Of a DNA stretch of 64,000 nt, positions 1 to 6,967 are shown piece after piece. Origin of the DNA: a virus; the IMG/VR virus record IMGVR_UViG_3300045988_179616, positions 32,001 to 96,000 of that record, one strand, 5' to 3'. The position numbers were made by a program, and so were the translations under genes. The number at the start of each line of letters is the position of its first letter. The first letter of the stretch is position 1. The notes beneath the pieces are model-generated. The model did no database searches, was not told the origin of the DNA, and saw only the letters and a program-made list of their open reading frames with translations.

Positions 1-1
1 T

Positions 2-100
2 ACATTTGATGTAGACGAGGATATTCGAGACCGGACTTTTGCAATTGATGTATGGGAGGCTGAGGTTCTTGCGAAGCCGGCGCGAGAGGAGGATTACTAA
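2..100 (+). CDS. 3' end of an upstream gene (partial, about 32 codons)
   Basis: The frame is open from the window edge and ends at TAA 98-100. The stop overlaps the next start codon (TAATG). Confidence 0.4.
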   Translation, partial: TFDVDEDIRDRTFAIDVWEAEVLAKPAREEDY

Positions 101-852
101 TGTACCTTTGGGTTGATGATATTAGAACTCCGCCCTGTGATGAATGGCTGTGGGCGCGCTCTGTAAGTGAAGCTATTACAGCTATTAAGTCCTATGAGCA
201 TAACTGGTCTGATGACTCTATTGTTATTAGTCTTGACCATGATGCCGGCGACTTTGAGGTAGATGGAGGAGACTACATTCGCGTTTTGGACTGGCTCGAA
301 CAAGCAGGAAGAAATAGAGCAAGCGATTTAATTGGTCACGTATTTGGTAGATTAACTGTAAAAGCCGATAGCGGAAAGCGAGATAATAAAGGTGGTATTA
401 TTTGGGAATGTGAATGTTCTTGTGGCAATATTGCTTACGTATCTACTTCCAACCTTACAAGATCTAATGGATCTACCATTTCTTGTGGATGTGCCAAATC
501 AAAAGATGAAGAGAGAATTATTTCATCTCTTATTCAGGCACAAATACCATTTATAACCCAAAAACGATTTGAAAGCTGTGTATTTCCAGAAACTGGTCGT
601 CAATTGGTATTTGACTTTTATTTGCCAGAACAAAATATCCCTATTGAGTATGATGGCGAGCAACATTTTCACGAAATTGGTAATGATAGATATGGATATA
701 AAGGCATTGTATCAAGAGATAATTATAAAAATCAGTGGTGTAAAGAAAACAATATTTCATTGATTAGAATACCTTATACAGAATATAGTAATATTGATGA
801 TAATTATATGGAGAGGATTATTAGAAAGAATGGATGGAGGTTAGTCAGATAA
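100..852 (+). CDS. CPR-like receiver fragment fused to a Cys-cluster plus PD-(D/E)XK (Vsr/DUF559-like) homing-endonuclease-like module
   Basis: 250-aa ORF. The N-terminus (YLWVDDIR...ISLDHDAG...GGDYIRVLDWL) looks like a cyclic-phosphate-processing receiver domain but is truncated. The middle has FGRLTV...WECECSCG...SCGC. The C-terminus has FDFYLPEQNIPIEYDGEQH...LIRIPY, a nuclease-core pattern. Confidence 0.55.
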   Translation: MYLWVDDIRTPPCDEWLWARSVSEAITAIKSYEHNWSDDSIVISLDHDAGDFEVDGGDYIRVLDWLEQAGRNRASDLIGHVFGRLTVKADSGKRDNKGGIIWECECSCGNIAYVSTSNLTRSNGSTISCGCAKSKDEERIISSLIQAQIPFITQKRFESCVFPETGRQLVFDFYLPEQNIPIEYDGEQHFHEIGNDRYGYKGIVSRDNYKNQWCKENNISLIRIPYTEYSNIDDNYMERIIRKNGWRLVR

Positions 853-1082
853 TGGTTAAGGCGAAAGTATATCTTAAAACCGGACAAAGTTTTGATGTTG
901 TTGCTAAAAAGATTTGGTGTAAGTACAGCACCATTACAGGGGAACTAACTTCGTTTAAATATGAAGATGGTTTAGAAGTTCCAATCTATCTTGATCTTAC
1001 GCAAGTCGTTGCTGTTGTACAATTTCAGAATGATGAAGGCGAAAATGTGGGCGATACGGGCAAGAACGGGATGGAGGATTAA
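852..1082 (+). CDS. hypothetical protein (76 aa; alternative start at 834)
   Basis: The ATG overlaps the preceding stop (TAATG), GGAGG lies upstream, and it is in the same frame as track ORF 834..1082. Confidence 0.5.
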   Translation: MVKAKVYLKTGQSFDVVAKKIWCKYSTITGELTSFKYEDGLEVPIYLDLTQVVAVVQFQNDEGENVGDTGKNGMED

Positions 1083-1086
1083 TTTA

Positions 1087-1830
1087 ATGATTGAAAGTCT
1101 ATATAAGCCTTTCCAGAAGTGGAGCGAAAAGGGTGCAATTTTCGTTTTTAGCGACCCTCATTTTGAGGATGAGGACCTTGTAAATGTCTATGATGACCGG
1201 CCCTCTGCAGATGAACTGGTGCGCCGTATCAACTCTAAAGTTGGGAAATGTGATACGCTTATTTGTCTTGGTGATGTTGGCGCGCTCTCTTATGTTCCTT
1301 TCTTGAGGGGATATAAGGTTTTGGTTATGGGCAATCATGATGCGGGTAGAACTCTTTATGAGAGAAAGATATATACGGCTCATTATTGCTGTTGGAAATA
1401 TACAAAGGAAGAGGCGCTTAATAAGATGAAGACTCTTTATCCTAATTGTAAGTATACAATTAGACAAGAATTTAATTATCATTATGCCTTTAAGGAATGG
1501 ATAGTAGAAGCTGATAATCAGCTCTTTGATGAAGTATATGAGGGTCCCGTTATGATTTCTCCGAAGCTTTTGTTATCTCATGAACCTATTAACTGCGCCG
1601 GCTGGGCTTTCAATCTCCATGGCCACATTCATGCCCGCGCCCATAAAAACGATGAATGCCACTATAACGTCTGCGCTGATTGCCATGATTATCTTCCTTT
1701 GAATCTGAATCAGTTTTTGAAGTCCGGTGCTTTGTCCAAAGTTTCTTCTATCCATCGTCAGACCATTGATGAGGCTACCGCGCGGTGTAAGAAGCGAGGT
1801 TATCGTCTAACTAGTCCCAAAAATAAGTAA
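1087..1830 (+). CDS. calcineurin-like metallophosphoesterase
   Basis: Motifs SDPHF, LGDVG, GNHD and GHIH are present in order. The ATG at 1087 follows the preceding stop, and a terminator hairpin lies downstream. Confidence 0.75.
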   Translation: MIESLYKPFQKWSEKGAIFVFSDPHFEDEDLVNVYDDRPSADELVRRINSKVGKCDTLICLGDVGALSYVPFLRGYKVLVMGNHDAGRTLYERKIYTAHYCCWKYTKEEALNKMKTLYPNCKYTIRQEFNYHYAFKEWIVEADNQLFDEVYEGPVMISPKLLLSHEPINCAGWAFNLHGHIHARAHKNDECHYNVCADCHDYLPLNLNQFLKSGALSKVSSIHRQTIDEATARCKKRGYRLTSPKNK

Positions 1831-1837
1831 ACGAAAG

Positions 1838-1869
1838 GACTACGCAGATGCCTGCGTAGTCTATTTTTA
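1838..1869 (+). terminator. rho-independent terminator
   Basis: Hairpin gactacgcag-atgc-ctgcgtagtc followed by tattttta. Confidence 0.75.
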
Positions 1870-1873
1870 TAAT

Positions 1874-1902
1874 TTGAAATTTTCCGATATTTATAGTATA
1901 CT
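1874..1902 (+). promoter_or_regulatory. promoter TTGAAA-17-TATACT (conserved class)
   Basis: The sequence is tttgaaattttccgatatttatagtatactatatatagaaagta. It shares an extended conserved block with 3942-3985 and 60385-60436(-). Confidence 0.6.
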
Positions 1903-1936
1903 ATATATAGAAAGTAAGAAAGGAAGATAAAAAAAT

Positions 1937-2155
1937 ATGACTCGTTATCATTACATCAAGAAGGCTATGTACCTCCAGTATCGGCTGGCAATGCTTTCTA
2001 CTACTACGAATCGCCATTATGAGACTTCCTATGCTAAGTGGAACTCCAGGGTTCCTCATCCTCCTTTTGCAAATGGCGCGCAGACTTATCAGGAGAGTTG
2101 GGACATCATTTGTGAAGCACTAAGAAGTATTAAGGGCTTGGAGGATTTGAAGTAA
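1937..2155 (+). CDS. hypothetical protein (72 aa)
   Basis: The ORF follows the conserved promoter at 1874-1902 and an AGGAAG RBS. Confidence 0.5.
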   Translation: MTRYHYIKKAMYLQYRLAMLSTTTNRHYETSYAKWNSRVPHPPFANGAQTYQESWDIICEALRSIKGLEDLK

Positions 2156-2156
2156 A

Positions 2157-2372
2157 ATGAAAAAGTTCACAATCGAAATCACCGACACTAATGTATTTGT
2201 CAATGGAAAACCTTGTGAGTTTGCACATAAAATGGACAAAGAAAATCATAAGGATGATATGAACAAGAGGGCAATTGTTGCTCTTGCAAATGAAATGGGT
2301 TATGAGCCGGTATTCCTGTTTGAAGAAATGGCAGATAGACTTGATGAAATGTTGGATGAGGAGGAATTTTAA
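2157..2372 (+). CDS. hypothetical protein (71 aa, acidic C-terminus)
   Basis: The ORF is tightly packed after the previous stop. Confidence 0.5.
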   Translation: MKKFTIEITDTNVFVNGKPCEFAHKMDKENHKDDMNKRAIVALANEMGYEPVFLFEEMADRLDEMLDEEEF

Positions 2373-2373
2373 T

Positions 2374-2538
2374 ATGAGTATCTGGAAAATCGTCTACGTT
2401 ACAGAAAGTGGATATGAAGGTGAAGTTGAAGTTAGTGCCGTAAATAAATTTATGGCATGGGATATATTTGGAGATATCGCAAAGGATTTTGATGAAAAGG
2501 TAGTTAGTGCGGACTGTTTTTTGGTGGAGGGATATTAA
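2374..2538 (+). CDS. hypothetical protein (54 aa)
   Basis: An internal ATG of track ORF 2275..2538 is preceded by GAGGAGG, and the start abuts the upstream stop. Confidence 0.5.
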   Translation: MSIWKIVYVTESGYEGEVEVSAVNKFMAWDIFGDIAKDFDEKVVSADCFLVEGY

Positions 2539-2539
2539 A

Positions 2540-2749
2540 ATGAATGAAACCGTAAAGAGTTGGCTGGAGGGCCTTATCAATAAAGAGATTGACGAGGCTC
2601 TTGACCATATCAAAAATAGTGAGGCTTGGTGTAGTAAAATTAGTAATAAGGAAACCCTTCAAATGCAATTAGATACCTTATCTTTGTATAATGAGTATCT
2701 TACCGCGCTAAAGACTCTAAAGAATCGTATCGAGAGAGAAGACCTCTAA
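2540..2749 (+). CDS. hypothetical protein (69 aa)
   Basis: The ATG at 2540 is preceded by GGAGGG and is in the same frame as track ORF 2507..2749. Confidence 0.5.
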   Translation: MNETVKSWLEGLINKEIDEALDHIKNSEAWCSKISNKETLQMQLDTLSLYNEYLTALKTLKNRIEREDL

Positions 2750-2858
2750 TTCCATTGGAAAATCTTTACGAGAAGCCTCGATAGAATTTAGAGAGATTAG
2801 ATATTTAGAAGAAAGATAATAATTAGAGTCTGGAAGAGAAATCAGAAGTTCTAATTTA

Positions 2859-3350
2859 TTGAAGAATAGAAAGGAGTTCAGGTTGAAAGCTATTTTAATG
2901 ATTATTTTTTGGACGGCAGTAGTTGGAGGAGGGCTTGCTGGATTTGGATATTTTATATGGCTTCTTTCTAATTATAATGAGTCTCATTACGAAGATGACG
3001 TAAGATTTTCTTTTCAAGATTTTCAAAGAATTTATAGCCTTGCTCCTAATAAATGGGAAAGATCTGGCTATTCTTTTTCTCGAAGAGAGTGGAATGGGAA
3101 AAATGGTTTTGACTGTGTATATATTAAAACTCGAATTTCTATGAAGAGTTTTATTGATTTTATAAAACTTTTTTCTTGGGTAAGTCAAAAAGAAAAAAAG
3201 AAGGAAGAAGAAGAAAGAAATAGAGGTAGATATAAGAATTTAAAGAATTTGAAGATTTTAGTTGAAAGGGACCAAGACGATATATGTAAAAAATTAAAAG
3301 AGGAGGAGAAAAAGCCGAAATGCTTCGGCAGGAAATTATTGATAGATTAG
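2859..3350 (+). CDS. membrane-anchored protein with a Lys/Glu-rich tail (start uncertain: 2859, 2883 or 2898)
   Basis: An N-terminal hydrophobic segment (ILMIIFWTAVVGGGLAGFGYFIWLL) is followed by a charged KEKKKEEEE tail. Confidence 0.5.
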   Translation: MKNRKEFRLKAILMIIFWTAVVGGGLAGFGYFIWLLSNYNESHYEDDVRFSFQDFQRIYSLAPNKWERSGYSFSRREWNGKNGFDCVYIKTRISMKSFIDFIKLFSWVSQKEKKKEEEERNRGRYKNLKNLKILVERDQDDICKKLKEEEKKPKCFGRKLLID

Positions 3351-3363
3351 GAGATAATAAGTA

Positions 3364-3918
3364 ATGGCTATTTTCATCGTAAGTGACCTCCATCTTGGGC
3401 ATTCGAAAGATTTCATCTACGGCGCGCGAGGCTTCGAAAATGTCGAAGATATGAATGAGATTATTATTCGTAAGTGGAATGAGATTGTGGATGAAGAGGA
3501 TGATGTATATGTATTGGGAGATTTGGTGATGGGGCCGGAGACAAATCTTCAAATGCTTCGGAGATTGAAAGGTCAGCTTCATATTGTAAGGGGAAACCAC
3601 GATACGGTTACTCGCTGGGACTTTTATCAAAAGCTTCCAAATATAGTGGAAGCAGAGAATAGTCTTTATCTTCGTTATGACGGATACAAGTTCTATTTGT
3701 CCCATTACCCCACGATTACAACGCGCGCTGACGTTGAGAAACCGTTAAAGAAGTGTTTGGTGAATTTGTGCGGGCACACTCACACAAAAGACCCGTTTGA
3801 AGATTGGGGAATTGGAATGATTTACCATTGTGAGGTAGACGCGCACGACTGCGCGCCAGTTCGGATTGATAAGATTATTGCCGATTTGAAACAAAAGATG
3901 AACAACCGCGCTGAGTAA
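3364..3918 (+). CDS. calcineurin-like metallophosphoesterase (second copy)
   Basis: Motifs SDLHLGH, LGDLV, GNHD and GHTH are present. It is distantly paralogous to 1087..1830. Confidence 0.75.
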   Translation: MAIFIVSDLHLGHSKDFIYGARGFENVEDMNEIIIRKWNEIVDEEDDVYVLGDLVMGPETNLQMLRRLKGQLHIVRGNHDTVTRWDFYQKLPNIVEAENSLYLRYDGYKFYLSHYPTITTRADVEKPLKKCLVNLCGHTHTKDPFEDWGIGMIYHCEVDAHDCAPVRIDKIIADLKQKMNNRAE

Positions 3919-3941
3919 GCACGGTCGTTTTCTTTTTAGAT

Positions 3942-3970
3942 TTGAAATTTTTTATATTTTAGTATATAAT
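3942..3970 (+). promoter_or_regulatory. promoter TTGAAA-17-TATAAT (conserved class)
   Basis: The sequence is tttgaaattttttatattttagtatataatatatatagaaagta. Confidence 0.6.
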
Positions 3971-4000
3971 ATATATAGAAAGTAGGAAAGGAGCTTTTGA

Positions 4001-4270
4001 ATGATTATCTGCTCTGCGTTGAAAGATAGAAATACTAATGCTATTTTTTCTGGTGTTCGACACGCCGATATTTATAAGATGCTTCATAATTTGGATTATA
4101 AAATCGATGCTATCAATGCTATTGAAGGCTTTGTAGATGAAGCAAATAATTTTTACGATCGTAGGGAGGCTTATGCTTATGCTTTGAGACATCATCAGCT
4201 ACCGACAACTGTTGTAGAATACAAAGAGGAATATATGGAAAATGAATTATATTCGGAGGATTTGTACTAA
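4001..4270 (+). CDS. hypothetical protein (89 aa)
   Basis: The ORF follows the conserved promoter at 3942-3970 and a GGAAAGGAG RBS. Confidence 0.55.
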   Translation: MIICSALKDRNTNAIFSGVRHADIYKMLHNLDYKIDAINAIEGFVDEANNFYDRREAYAYALRHHQLPTTVVEYKEEYMENELYSEDLY

Positions 4271-4785
4271 TGGCAAATATAAAGTTTGAGATTGATGGGA
4301 AGGTTTATGATTTTGCTCCCGAGAGTTTTGTAATTGATAATGAGGGGAATATTACTCTAAAGTCGAAGCCATTGGTGGAGGAGAAGAGGAATCCTTTTGA
4401 AAGAGTTAAAGAGGGAGAAAGTTTTTATTTAATTGGTAGTAATGGAGATGTAATGACGCTCAAAGAGAATTCTTTGTGTTTCACTGGGAAATATCATAAT
4501 TGCGCTAATTACTGTACTGATGCAGAGCTTCTTCAACGGCGTGCTCTCTACGAAAAGCTTGAACGGTGTTTGTGGCGTTTTTCTATGGAGAATGGCGGAA
4601 GCGGAGATTATTATCCCGTTTTAGACAAAGCAACTCGCGGATGGTTTGTCTCTTATACTGATTCTCAAAGATTTGGGCCTTCTTTCAAGACTATTGAAGC
4701 TTGCGGGCGTGCAATTGAGGAAGTAATAAAGCCGATGTTAGACGGGATTGCTGAGGAGGAAATTTTTGTGTGGAGAGGAGTCTAA
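4270..4785 (+). CDS. hypothetical protein (171 aa)
   Basis: The ATG overlaps the preceding stop (TAATG), and the product has a protein-like composition. Confidence 0.55.
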   Translation: MANIKFEIDGKVYDFAPESFVIDNEGNITLKSKPLVEEKRNPFERVKEGESFYLIGSNGDVMTLKENSLCFTGKYHNCANYCTDAELLQRRALYEKLERCLWRFSMENGGSGDYYPVLDKATRGWFVSYTDSQRFGPSFKTIEACGRAIEEVIKPMLDGIAEEEIFVWRGV

Positions 4786-4790
4786 GATAG

Positions 4791-4937
4791 ATGACAAAAC
4801 TTGATTGTGCGATAGAACTTTTGAGATTTTTATGTAAGGATGCTTCTGTCAATGGGGCGGTTGCCATAGATAAAATGGAAGCAGTAGCGCGGGCTATTAT
4901 GGAGCTTGGAAGGAATGAAGGAGCCGATGCTAAATAA
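4791..4937 (+). CDS. small hypothetical protein (48 aa, not in the ORF track)
   Basis: The ATG at 4791 lies just after the previous stop. The frame MTKLDCAIELLRF... is open to TAA at 4935-4937. Confidence 0.4.
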   Translation: MTKLDCAIELLRFLCKDASVNGAVAIDKMEAVARAIMELGRNEGADAK

Positions 4938-4984
4938 GAATTGGGAGGACGCTATGAATGGAAGCCAATGGTGAGGAGGAAACT

Positions 4985-5167
4985 ATGAAGTATTGGATTG
5001 ATGAGCAGACTGGTTGTAAGATGTGTGAGCCGGATTGCGCGGACGAGTGGCTATTTGATATTTGGGCAACTGGTTGTGATTATGATGGGGCGAGTACGGT
5101 TGAAGATTTTAAGCTTCTCGTAAAAGAGCTTGTGTATTGCTCTCAAAGAGCAAGAGATTGTTTGTAG
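4985..5167 (+). CDS. hypothetical Cys-containing protein (60 aa)
   Basis: An internal ATG of track ORF 4958..5167 is preceded by GAGGAGG. Confidence 0.5.
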   Translation: MKYWIDEQTGCKMCEPDCADEWLFDIWATGCDYDGASTVEDFKLLVKELVYCSQRARDCL

Positions 5168-5232
5168 GAGGGTAAGTTGTTTGGAGTTCATGGCACGCCG
5201 GATGGAGGTTATTATGGATAATAAAAATTTCT

Positions 5233-5484
5233 ATGATTGGGTTATGTCCCATGAAAAAGTCTATTCATTACTTTATTCACCAACAAAAATTGATAATAAG
5301 TCATAGAAGTTATAGAGTCTGTGATGGGTGTGGTAAACATAGTCCGTATGCAAATAGCTATAATGAAGCTCTTGATAAAGCAAAAGAGGCAGGGTGGATT
5401 CACTATGTAGATGGTAATAGAGATTATTGTCCTGAGTGTGCTAAGAATATTAGGGATTATGAAGAGAGACCTACCTCAAATTGA
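5233..5484 (+). CDS. zinc-ribbon protein (start uncertain)
   Basis: It contains CDGCGK...CPEC. There is no RBS at 5233, while a strong RBS serves an ATG at 5214 in another frame (see findings). Confidence 0.45.
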   Translation: MIGLCPMKKSIHYFIHQQKLIISHRSYRVCDGCGKHSPYANSYNEALDKAKEAGWIHYVDGNRDYCPECAKNIRDYEERPTSN

Positions 5485-5498
5485 GGTAGATCTTTTTT
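5471..5498 (+). terminator. rho-independent terminator at the convergent junction
   Basis: Hairpin ctacctc-aaatt-gaggtag followed by atctttttt. It overlaps the stop codon of 5233..5484. Confidence 0.65.
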
Positions 5499-5845
5499 CA
5501 AAAGTCTTGAGTTATAATTAGGTCTAGTTGGCGCGAGAGCCATTCGGGATTTATGAGAGAGGAATCTGTGTCCCAGATTAGGAGTAGAGGAATTTTATGG
5601 GAAAGGGCATAGTTATCTTTTATAGTATTGACTTGTCGTAGGCGTTGGGGATTAGGAACGCGCGAAATATCATGGTATCGTTCTTCAACTAAAACGATGG
5701 ACTCGCGCCAAGTAAGCCTCAGCTTCCATAGTAATGGATACCCCAAAGGAGACAGGCAATCTCGATAGGATACATTAAGAGAGTATGGGGTTTTTAGTTC
5801 CTCCAAAGTCGTAGTAATTTTTTTCATTAGTTTTGATTGTTTCAT
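5498..5845 (-). CDS. hypothetical protein, possibly a degenerate Vsr/DUF559-like nuclease domain
   Basis: A GGAGG RBS is present. The C-terminal half (VLVEERYHD...KDNYALSHKIPLLLIWDTD) parallels IEYDGEQH...RDNYKNQWCKENNISLIRIP of ORF 100..852. Confidence 0.4.
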   Translation of the reverse strand: MKQSKLMKKITTTLEELKTPYSLNVSYRDCLSPLGYPLLWKLRLTWRESIVLVEERYHDISRVPNPQRLRQVNTIKDNYALSHKIPLLLIWDTDSSLINPEWLSRQLDLIITQDF

Positions 5846-6014
5846 AAAGCCTCCAAAATTTAGTGTTCAAAATTTTATAGAAAGAATAGCTGGAGTTTAC
5901 TTTCCTATTGAAGAGTAAAGGGGAGGAGTAATTATAATAAGTAAAAATTTTGGGAAAATTTTTGGGTACGCTTTGAGCGTACTTATTTTTTTGGGAAAAA
6001 TTTTTCGGAAAAAG

Positions 6015-6053
6015 GTGTACATATTATGTGTACATATTATGTGTACATATAGA
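6015..6053. repeat. tandem 13-bp repeat, 3 copies (GTGTACATATTAT)
   Basis: The sequence reads gtgtacatattatgtgtacatattatgtgtacatataga, and each unit contains the palindrome TGTACA. Confidence 0.9.
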
Positions 6054-6111
6054 GGGGAGAGTAGTAGGGAGTAGGAAGAGAAGGAGTAGGAATAGAGGCG
6101 TAAAAATATAA

Positions 6112-6159
6112 GTACGAGTAAAGGTACGAGTAAAGGTACGAGTAAAGGTACGAGTAAAG
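6112..6159. repeat. perfect tandem 12-bp repeat, 4 copies (GTACGAGTAAAG)
   Basis: Read directly from the sequence. It is embedded in a polypurine tract of about 160 bp (6050-6210). Confidence 0.95.
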
Positions 6160-6420
6160 GAGGAAGATAAGAGGGGTATAAGTAAAAGGGGAGTAAAAAA
6201 TAGGGCGTACATATTAGGTGTACTTATAGAGCGTATAAGTCTTTTGTAGTTATAGGAAGAGACTAGCTATATAAAAACGGTACTGCCAAGTGACGTCCAA
6301 GAACGACATATATGGTAATGGAAAAGTAGATAGGGATTTTTAGAGTTAGTTAGAATTGAAAAAGGGGTTGGTGCAAATTTTATTAGTAAGCAAATTTTAT
6401 ATATAAAAAATATAAATATA

Positions 6421-6478
6421 ATATGTACACATTATGTGTACATATAATACGTACTTATAATGCGTACTTATAGAGCGT
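6421..6478. repeat. cluster of degenerate GTAC-core repeats (TGTACA(C/T)AT, CGTACTTATA)
   Basis: The sequence reads atatgtacacattatgtgtacatataatacgtacttataatgcgtacttatagagcgta. Related copies lie at 5965-5990 and 6205-6240. Confidence 0.8.
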
Positions 6479-6495
6479 AGTTAGCGCGCTGTCAA
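6467..6495 (-). promoter_or_regulatory. candidate promoter TTGACA-17-TATAAG firing into the repeat region
   Basis: The minus strand reads ttgacagcgcgctaactacgctctataag. Confidence 0.35.
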
Positions 6496-6511
6496 ATTTT
6501 TCTTTGATTCT

Positions 6512-6540
6512 ATTCTACCAAATTTTCAGAGCGTTGTCAA
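6512..6540 (-). promoter_or_regulatory. promoter TTGACA-17-TGGTAGAAT firing into the repeat region
   Basis: The minus strand reads aaaatttgacaacgctctgaaaatttggtagaat, with an extended -10. Confidence 0.5.
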
Positions 6541-6561
6541 ATTTTCAGAATAATAAAAAAA

Positions 6562-6598
6562 AGAGGAGTAGGAATAAATCCTACTCCTCTTTTTTTTC
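6562..6598. terminator. bidirectional terminator
   Basis: Hairpin agaggagtagg-aataaat-cctactcctct, flanked by an A-run on one side and a T-run on the other. Confidence 0.75.
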
Positions 6599-6967
6599 TT
6601 AGTGGGCCTTGACGTAGCCGCGCTGAGGACCTTTCTTGCCCTCGACCTTTACATCGACCTTCTCCACAGTACCATCCAGCACAAAGGGCTTCAGGAGGGA
6701 AGGAACAGACGCTACCTTTACCTCATCGGTAAGACCAGCAGCCTCAATGAGCTGAGAAGCGGTCATAGCCTCATCTCCCATCGCATCCAGCAGAGCCTTA
6801 CGAATGGGAGCCTTCTCATCCTCGGCAGCCTGTTTCTTCTCCAGAACCTTCTGAGCCCGCTTTGCGTTGGCCTCATTCATCTTCTCGATAAGCTCAGTGG
6901 CCTTAGCCATCAGCTCATCATTCATCTCACCATTGGAAATAGCAGTGTAGAACTCACGATTAGTCAT
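6599..6967 (-). CDS. early wHTH-like protein, paralogue A
   Basis: 122 aa. It aligns by eye with 9997..10344 (MTNREF.AI...DEL...MTAS...VKV..KG.Q..Y). It uses G/C-ending codons, unlike its neighbours. Confidence 0.6.
   Translation of the reverse strand: MTNREFYTAISNGEMNDELMAKATELIEKMNEANAKRAQKVLEKKQAAEDEKAPIRKALLDAMGDEAMTASQLIEAAGLTDEVKVASVPSLLKPFVLDGTVEKVDVKVEGKKGPQRGYVKAH

Noticed and set aside
1099-3705. Minus-strand ORFs 1099..1482, 1573..1755, 2200..2613, 2895..3188 and 3160..3705 within the plus-strand early block.
   Set aside because: All are antisense to motif-supported or tightly packed plus-strand genes. Their AT-rich Ile/Leu/Phe/Lys-heavy products are typical of spurious frames.
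5165-5221. Readthrough extension of ORF 4985..5167 past its TAG (an 18-codon in-frame tail, EGKLFGVHGTPDGGYYG).
   Set aside because: The extension is short and overlaps the RBS region of the next start. Nothing distinguishes it from chance.
6024-6212. Tracked 62-aa minus-strand ORF with a TFTRTFTRTFTR repeat.
   Set aside because: It is simply the translation of the 4x12-bp tandem DNA repeat inside a polypurine tract. It has no RBS and no protein-like composition.
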